64,000 nucleotides of DNA. Origin: Spirochaetales bacterium. Lineage in GTDB: Bacteria; Spirochaetota; Spirochaetia; JABEVK01. Below, one piece after another: positions 58,570 through 64,000 of the stretch (the stretch's first letter is position 1; each line of letters begins with the position of its first letter). The position numbers and the translations under genes were made by a program. Below the pieces are notes generated by a model. It was not told the origin of the DNA. It worked only from the letters and a program-made list of their open reading frames with translations, and did no database searches. The stretch spans positions 64,001 to 128,000 of the forward strand of contig JBAXAI010000003.1 in assembly GCA_037142615.1 (NCBI GenBank), read 5' to 3'.

Positions 58570-58644
58570 AAATGCTGGGTTAATATTCCATCTTTCACAA
58601 TAACATGCTAACATGGGTTAACGATCATTTACATGAGGTTATCC

Positions 58645-60000
58645 ATGTTTCGTATGAGTCTGTTTCGAGGTGGGGCCCACGTGCCGCACCGCAAGACAAC
58701 GGCCGACAACCCCACGGTTGTCATGCCGCCCCCCGCCAAGGTCATCATCCCGTTGTTGCAGCACATCGGCGTGATCTGCGAGCCCACCGTCCAAAAAGGC
58801 GATCCCGTCAAAGTCGGCCAAATCATCGGTGACTCCACCAAGGCCATGTCGGCTCCGGTGCACTCCAGCGTCTCGGGCACCGTGACCAGCGTCGACTTCC
58901 AGCTGTGGGCCGGCGGTGTGCAGGTCATGACCGTCGAAATCCAGACCGACGGCCTGCAGACCCCGCTCGAGACCCTGGAGCCGCCCCGGTTCAGCAACAA
59001 GGCTGAGTTCCTCGCGGCCGTGCGGGCCAGCGGCCTCGTCGGCCTTGGAGGCGCGGGCTTCCCGGCGCACATCAAGCTCAGCCCTCCCCCTGGCGCCAAG
59101 ATCGACACGCTGGTGATCAACGCTGCCGAGTGCGAACCCTACATCACCAGCGACTATCGCGAAATCCTCGAGAACAGCTGGAACGTGCTGAACGGCATCC
59201 AACTGGTCATGAAACAGCTCGAGATCAGCAAGTGCATCATCGGTATCGAAGACAACAAGCCCGACGCCATCGCCGAACTGAAGAAGATCTGCGGCCAGGC
59301 CCCGGGAGTTACCGTGATGCCCCTGCCCACCCGCTACCCGCAGGGCGCCGAGAAGATGCTCATCTGGGCCACCACCAAGCGGGCCGTTCCGGCCGGCAAG
59401 CTGCCCAGCGATGTCAACGTCATCGTGATGAATGTCGCCTCGGTGTCTTTCCTGGCCGAGTTCGTGAAGACCGGCATGCCGCTGGTCAAGAAAAAGGTCA
59501 CGGTCGCCGGGCCCTGCGTCGCCAACCCGCAAAACGTCGAGGTGCGCATCGGCACGCCGCTCAAGGACGTGTTCGAGTTTGCCGGTGGCCTCAGCCGCGA
59601 ACCCCGCAAGGTGATCATGGGCGGCCCGATGATGGGTGTTGCCCAGCACAGCCTTGAGACCGCCGTGGTGAAGCACACCAACGCGCTCCTGGCCTTTGGT
59701 CCCGAAGAAGGCGAGTTGCCCGAGCCCACCGCGTGTATCCGCTGCGGCCGCTGCACGGTGGCGTGCCCCATGGCGCTGCTGCCGCTCGAGCTCAACCGCG
59801 CCGCTCTGCGCAACAACGTCGACGACCTGAACAAGTACGGCGTCAACGCCTGCATCGAATGCGGCAGTTGCAGCTTTGTCTGTCCCTCGAAGATCCACCT
59901 CGTCCAGGCCATCCGCTTGGGCAAGACCCAAGTTCGTACCGCGGCCGCCCGGGCGGCCGCGCAAGCCCAGGCGAAAGCCGCCGAAGGAGCCGCCAAGTGA
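58645..60000 (+). CDS. rnfC: Rnf complex subunit C
   Basis: GLGGAGFP, NAAECEPYIT, YPQG.EK, GGPMMG, two CxxCxxCxxxCP. Confidence 0.95.
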   Translation: MFRMSLFRGGAHVPHRKTTADNPTVVMPPPAKVIIPLLQHIGVICEPTVQKGDPVKVGQIIGDSTKAMSAPVHSSVSGTVTSVDFQLWAGGVQVMTVEIQTDGLQTPLETLEPPRFSNKAEFLAAVRASGLVGLGGAGFPAHIKLSPPPGAKIDTLVINAAECEPYITSDYREILENSWNVLNGIQLVMKQLEISKCIIGIEDNKPDAIAELKKICGQAPGVTVMPLPTRYPQGAEKMLIWATTKRAVPAGKLPSDVNVIVMNVASVSFLAEFVKTGMPLVKKKVTVAGPCVANPQNVEVRIGTPLKDVFEFAGGLSREPRKVIMGGPMMGVAQHSLETAVVKHTNALLAFGPEEGELPEPTACIRCGRCTVACPMALLPLELNRAALRNNVDDLNKYGVNACIECGSCSFVCPSKIHLVQAIRLGKTQVRTAAARAAAQAQAKAAEGAAK

Positions 60001-60965
60001 GCCAAACCTTGCTCGTCACTTCGTCGCCCCACCTGCGGGCCAACAGTTCGTCGCGGCGCATCATGCTCGACGTCATCCTGGCGCTGCTGCCCGCCCTCGG
60101 CGCGGCCGCGTACTTCTTCGGCTTGCCAGTGCTTCTGCCGGTCCTCGTCACCATCTTGGGGGCCTTGGTCGGCGAGTACGTCATGCGCGTGCTCGTCCTC
60201 AAGCGCGACAACCGCCTCGGCGACCTGTCGGCCATTGTCACCGGCATCCTGCTGGGCATGAACCTGCCGCCTTCGATTCCTCTGCCGCTAGCCTTCCTCG
60301 GCGGCGCCATCGCCACAGCCTTCGTCAAGGAACTGTTCGGCGGCCTGGGCATGAACTTCATGAACCCGGCCATGGGCGCCCGCGTGTTCCTGTTCCTGGC
60401 GTGGCCGTCGATGATGACGGCCTGGACTCCTACCGTGGATGGCGTGGCTGGTGCCACCCCGCTGGCCATTTTGAAGGGTACCGAGGCCGCCGGCCAGACG
60501 CTCCCCGACCTGATGCACCTGTTTGTCGGCGACCGCGCCGGCTGCCTGGGCGAAACGTCGGTGCTGGCCCTGCTCATCGGTGCGGCCTACCTGGTCGTGC
60601 GGCGCGTCATCAAGCTCGATGTGCCGCTGATCTACATTGGCACCGTCGGGCTCATCACCTGGGTGTTCGGCGACAAGAATGCCCTGTTCGCGGGCAACTT
60701 CCCCGTGCACCTGCTGTCGGGCGGCTTGATTCTCGGCGCGTTCTTCATGGCCACCGACTACGCCACCCAGCCGGTCAGCCGGATGGGCAAGGTGATCTAC
60801 GCCTTGGGCCTGGGTCTGGTGACGGCGGTTATCCGCCTGTACACCAACTATCCCGAGGGTGTGAGCTTCGCGGTCATCCTGATGAACTGCCTCGTGCCCA
60901 TGATTGACCGCTACACGGTACCCAAGGCGTTTGGGGCCATTTCTGAGGGGGCCAAGCGTGCGTGA
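59997..60965 (+). CDS. rnfD: Rnf complex subunit D
   Basis: SSPH, FGGLG.NF.NPA, GATPL FMN site, FMATD, YPEG. Confidence 0.95.
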   Translation: MSQTLLVTSSPHLRANSSSRRIMLDVILALLPALGAAAYFFGLPVLLPVLVTILGALVGEYVMRVLVLKRDNRLGDLSAIVTGILLGMNLPPSIPLPLAFLGGAIATAFVKELFGGLGMNFMNPAMGARVFLFLAWPSMMTAWTPTVDGVAGATPLAILKGTEAAGQTLPDLMHLFVGDRAGCLGETSVLALLIGAAYLVVRRVIKLDVPLIYIGTVGLITWVFGDKNALFAGNFPVHLLSGGLILGAFFMATDYATQPVSRMGKVIYALGLGLVTAVIRLYTNYPEGVSFAVILMNCLVPMIDRYTVPKAFGAISEGAKRA

Positions 60966-61563
60966 TATTCTCAAACCCGCGCTCGTGCTTCTCGCCATCT
61001 GCGCGGGAGTCACCATCATCCTGGCGCTGGTGTTCAACGGCACCAAGCCCATCATTGCCGAGCGCGCTGCCGCCGACCTGGCCGCGGCCAAGAAAGAGGT
61101 GCTGGCCACCGCCGACACCTTTGCCGACCTCAAGCTTCCCGAAGGCTTTGCCACCGACGAACCGCTTCAGACCATCAAGGCAGTGTACGTGGGAACCAAG
61201 GGCGGTACCTACGAAGGCATCGTGGTGTCGGCGCTCAGCCGGGGCTACGACGCGGCTGGCGTGGTGCTCACCGTGGGCATCACCAAGGACGGCGTCATCA
61301 CTGGCATTCACGTCGGTGACCAAAAGGAAACCCCCGGTCTGGGCACCAAGGTGCTCGACAAGGCGGAGGCCTACATGCCGCAGTACAACAACCTGAAGCC
61401 CGAAGGCGACCTCAAGCTGGTGAAAAACAAGCCGGCGAGCGGGCCCGCCAGCGACATCGATGCAGTGACCGGCGCCACCATCACCAGCCGCTCGGTGTGG
61501 CGTGCCGTGCAGGGTGCGCTCGAGTTCAGCCGCAAACTGACCCCCGAAGGAGCCCTCAAATGA
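60958..61563 (+). CDS. rnfG: Rnf complex subunit G
   Basis: ETPGLG, DAVTGATITS FMN site. Confidence 0.93.
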   Translation: MRDILKPALVLLAICAGVTIILALVFNGTKPIIAERAAADLAAAKKEVLATADTFADLKLPEGFATDEPLQTIKAVYVGTKGGTYEGIVVSALSRGYDAAGVVLTVGITKDGVITGIHVGDQKETPGLGTKVLDKAEAYMPQYNNLKPEGDLKLVKNKPASGPASDIDAVTGATITSRSVWRAVQGALEFSRKLTPEGALK

Positions 61564-62285
61564 GTTCACACGCAGAAATGCACGGTGGAGCTCCGGCCGC
61601 CGACCTGGGCGACAAGCCCAAGGCCTGGGACATCGCCATCGCCGGGCTGATCAAAGAAAACCCGACGCTCAAGATGATCTTGGGCTGCTGCCCCACCCTC
61701 GCGGTGACCACGGCCGCAGGCAACGGTCTGGGCATGGGACTGGCCACCACGGCCGTACTCATGTTCAGCAACATGGCCATCTCGATGCTGCGCAATGTCA
61801 TCCCCGAAAAGGTGCGCATCCCGAGCTACATCATCATCATCGCGGGCTTTGTGACCGTGGTGATGTACGTGCTCAAGGCTTGGCTGCCCGAGCTCGACAA
61901 GGCGCTGGGCATCTACATTCCGCTGATTGTGGCCAACTGCATCTTGCTGGCCCGCGCGGAAATGTTCGCCGCCAAGTACCAGCCCTTCCCCAGTTTTCTC
62001 GACGGACTGTTCATGGGCCTCGGGTTCACGCTGGCGCTGTTCGCCATCAGTACGGTGCGCGAGATTCTGGGTAACGGCACCTGGTTCGGTCTCACGTTGA
62101 CCAAGGACCTCTGGGCCCCGGCCGTGCTGATGATTCTGCCCCCCGGTGGCTTCCTCGCCTTTGGGTTGGTGATCACCGGCATGAACAAGCTCACCAACGG
62201 CAAGATCGATACGCCGTTGTGCGCCACCTGCAGCCCCGAAGACGGGACCTGCGCCGACATCGCCCCCGCGGGAGGTACCAAGTGA
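61560..62285 (+). CDS. rnfE: Rnf complex subunit E
   Basis: ENP...LGCCPTLAVT, IPLIVANC, REILG, LPPGGF. Confidence 0.93.
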   Translation: MSSHAEMHGGAPAADLGDKPKAWDIAIAGLIKENPTLKMILGCCPTLAVTTAAGNGLGMGLATTAVLMFSNMAISMLRNVIPEKVRIPSYIIIIAGFVTVVMYVLKAWLPELDKALGIYIPLIVANCILLARAEMFAAKYQPFPSFLDGLFMGLGFTLALFAISTVREILGNGTWFGLTLTKDLWAPAVLMILPPGGFLAFGLVITGMNKLTNGKIDTPLCATCSPEDGTCADIAPAGGTK

Positions 62286-62878
62286 TTGCCTCGATTATCC
62301 AACAGGTGGTCATCACCATCCTGACGGCCATATTGGTCGAAAACCTCGTGCTGTCAAAGTTCCTCGGCATGTGCCCCTTTCTGGGCGTCACCCAGAAGAC
62401 CAGCACCGCCGCCGGCATGGGCGTGGCGGTCACCTTCGTGGTCGTCGTCACGGCCGGCCTGGCGTGGATTCTCAACTACACGCTGCTGGTTCCCAACCAC
62501 ATGGAATACCTGCAGACGATGACCTACATCCTCATCATCGCCGCGCTGGTGCAGTTCGTCGAAACCGTCGTGCGCAAGTTCATCCCTCCGCTGTACAAGG
62601 CGCTGGGCATCTACCTGCCGCTGATCACCACCAACTGCGCCGTCCTCGGCGTGCCGCTGCTCAACACCGCGAAGAACTACGACCTCTTCATGAGTCTGGT
62701 GTACAGCTTCGGTGCGGGGGCTGGTTTCACCCTGGCGCTCATTTTGTTCTCGGGCGTGCGCGAACGGATGGACCAGGCTGATATTCCGGCCACCCTCAAG
62801 GGCATACCCAGCGCGCTGTTTGCCGCCACACTCGTCTCGATGAGCTTCTTCGGATTCCAGGGGTTGTTTGCATCATGA
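62282..62878 (+). CDS. rnfA: Rnf complex subunit A
   Basis: FLGMCPFLG, LPLITTNCAVLG. Confidence 0.95.
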   Translation: MIASIIQQVVITILTAILVENLVLSKFLGMCPFLGVTQKTSTAAGMGVAVTFVVVVTAGLAWILNYTLLVPNHMEYLQTMTYILIIAALVQFVETVVRKFIPPLYKALGIYLPLITTNCAVLGVPLLNTAKNYDLFMSLVYSFGAGAGFTLALILFSGVRERMDQADIPATLKGIPSALFAATLVSMSFFGFQGLFAS

Positions 62879-63714
62879 ATGACATCTTTCAAACCATCAT
62901 TGTGCCGGCGCTCATCGTCGGCGGCGTTGGCTTGGCCTTCGGTATCATCCTCGCCTACTCGTCCAAGGCGTTTGCCGTCAAGGTCGACGAGCGCATCGTC
63001 AAAGTTAAGGCGGCACTTCCGGGCGTCAACTGCGGTGCCTGTGGCCAGACCGGTTGCGAGGCCTTCGCCGAAGCGGTTGTTGCCGGTCGCGTCAAGGTTG
63101 ACGGTTGCCCTGTGGGCGGCGAGAAGGTCGCCCGCAAGGTGGCCTCGGTCCTGGGGCAGGAAGTCACCAACACGGCCAGCTTCGTCGCCCGCGTGGCCTG
63201 TGGCGGCCTGAACGGCTGCACCCGGCAGAAGTTCAGCTACGAGGGGATCAAGAGCTGCACCGCAGCCGCTGCCCTGCACAACGGGCCCAAGGCTTGCAGC
63301 TTCGGTTGTTTGGGCTTCGGCGACTGCGTTACGGCCTGCCCCTTCAACGCCATCGTCATCATCGACGGCGTGGCGAAGATCTACGAGGACAACTGCAAGA
63401 GCTGCGAAAAGTGCGTTGTTGCCTGCCCGAAGAAGCTGATCAGCATGGTGCCCCGAGGCAAGAATTACCTCGTAGCCTGTAAGAGCACGCAAAAGGGCCC
63501 CGTGGTCAAAAAGAACTGCGACACCGGCTGCATCGGCTGTACCAAGTGCGTCAAGGTTTGCCCGGTCAGCGCTATCAGCTTCGCGAACAATCTGGCCAAG
63601 ATCGACCCGCTGCTGTGCACCAACTGCGGCGAGTGCGTGAAGTCCTGCCCGACAAACACGATCGTCAATGTCACCGCTCCGGTGGTGCTCCGCAAGTCGG
63701 CCGTCACCGCGTAG
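62875..63714 (+). CDS. rnfB: Rnf complex subunit B
   Basis: LPGVNCGACG..GC plus several ferredoxin motifs. Confidence 0.95.
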   Translation: MNDIFQTIIVPALIVGGVGLAFGIILAYSSKAFAVKVDERIVKVKAALPGVNCGACGQTGCEAFAEAVVAGRVKVDGCPVGGEKVARKVASVLGQEVTNTASFVARVACGGLNGCTRQKFSYEGIKSCTAAAALHNGPKACSFGCLGFGDCVTACPFNAIVIIDGVAKIYEDNCKSCEKCVVACPKKLISMVPRGKNYLVACKSTQKGPVVKKNCDTGCIGCTKCVKVCPVSAISFANNLAKIDPLLCTNCGECVKSCPTNTIVNVTAPVVLRKSAVTA

Positions 63715-63733
63715 CTTCCAGCTTCAACAAAAG

Positions 63734-63767
63734 AAAAGGCCCACTCCTTCGCGGGGTGGGCCTTTTT
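63734..63767 (+). terminator. Rho-independent terminator of the rnf operon
   Basis: AAAAGGCCCACTCC-TTCGC-GGGGTGGGCCTTTTT. Confidence 0.85.
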
Positions 63768-63858
63768 GTTGGGGCGGCGCGTCGAATGAACAACATTTCA
63801 CCCGACTCTTCTGACAGCTCGCAGACAACCGCGGTTTGGTTGGGTACATTGCTTCCTG

Positions 63859-64000
63859 ATGCACAAGTCGTTCCTCTCCTTTTTCCCCATCGTCGTGCTG
63901 TTGCTTTGCTCCACACCCGGGTCTGCCACCGGCAAGGTCCTCATCCTCGACTACCACACCTTTCTCGGAAAAGGGAACTCGTCGATGGACTACTCGTTGG
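63859..64000 (+). CDS. Partial secreted protein, possibly polysaccharide deacetylase
   Basis: MHKSFLSFFPIVVLLLCS... signal peptide then VLILDYH (ILxYH-like); runs off the window. Confidence 0.5.
   Translation, partial: MHKSFLSFFPIVVLLLCSTPGSATGKVLILDYHTFLGKGNSSMDYSL

Overview
GC-rich bacterial chromosome segment, most likely from a free-living spirochaete. This is inferred from spirochaete-type genes: an HATPase-HDOD fusion, a small membrane gene after lspA, and a conserved 543-aa hypothetical. In order, the window holds: (1) an Slr1658/Slr1659 (SiaB/SiaC)-like partner-switch operon with an MCP-like gene; (2) fabH and tRNA-Ala(GGC); (3) a ~12 kb uronate-oligosaccharide catabolic cluster (LacI, two GH88, acyltransferase fusion, URO-D family protein, amber-interrupted YesS-like AraC, ABC transporter); (4) housekeeping genes (lspA, Nif3, LonC-like protease/HDOD/Ate-Bpt, ilvE, trxB, MCP, GH13); (5) a REP-like 20-nt repeat array; (6) an accessory region with an adenylate cyclase-2TM fusion, a DM9-repeat lectin/secreted metacaspase divergon, a disrupted hybrid kinase, internally deleted gene relics, two intact TA modules, Uma2, an NgoMIV-like R-M system and a cNMP-binding/nucleoside-phosphorylase-like fusion; (7) mutY-sixA-malQ, a GGDEF protein, mgtE and a complete rnfCDGEAB operon. 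Many genes appear leaderless. All family assignments come from motif recognition by eye, not from database searches.
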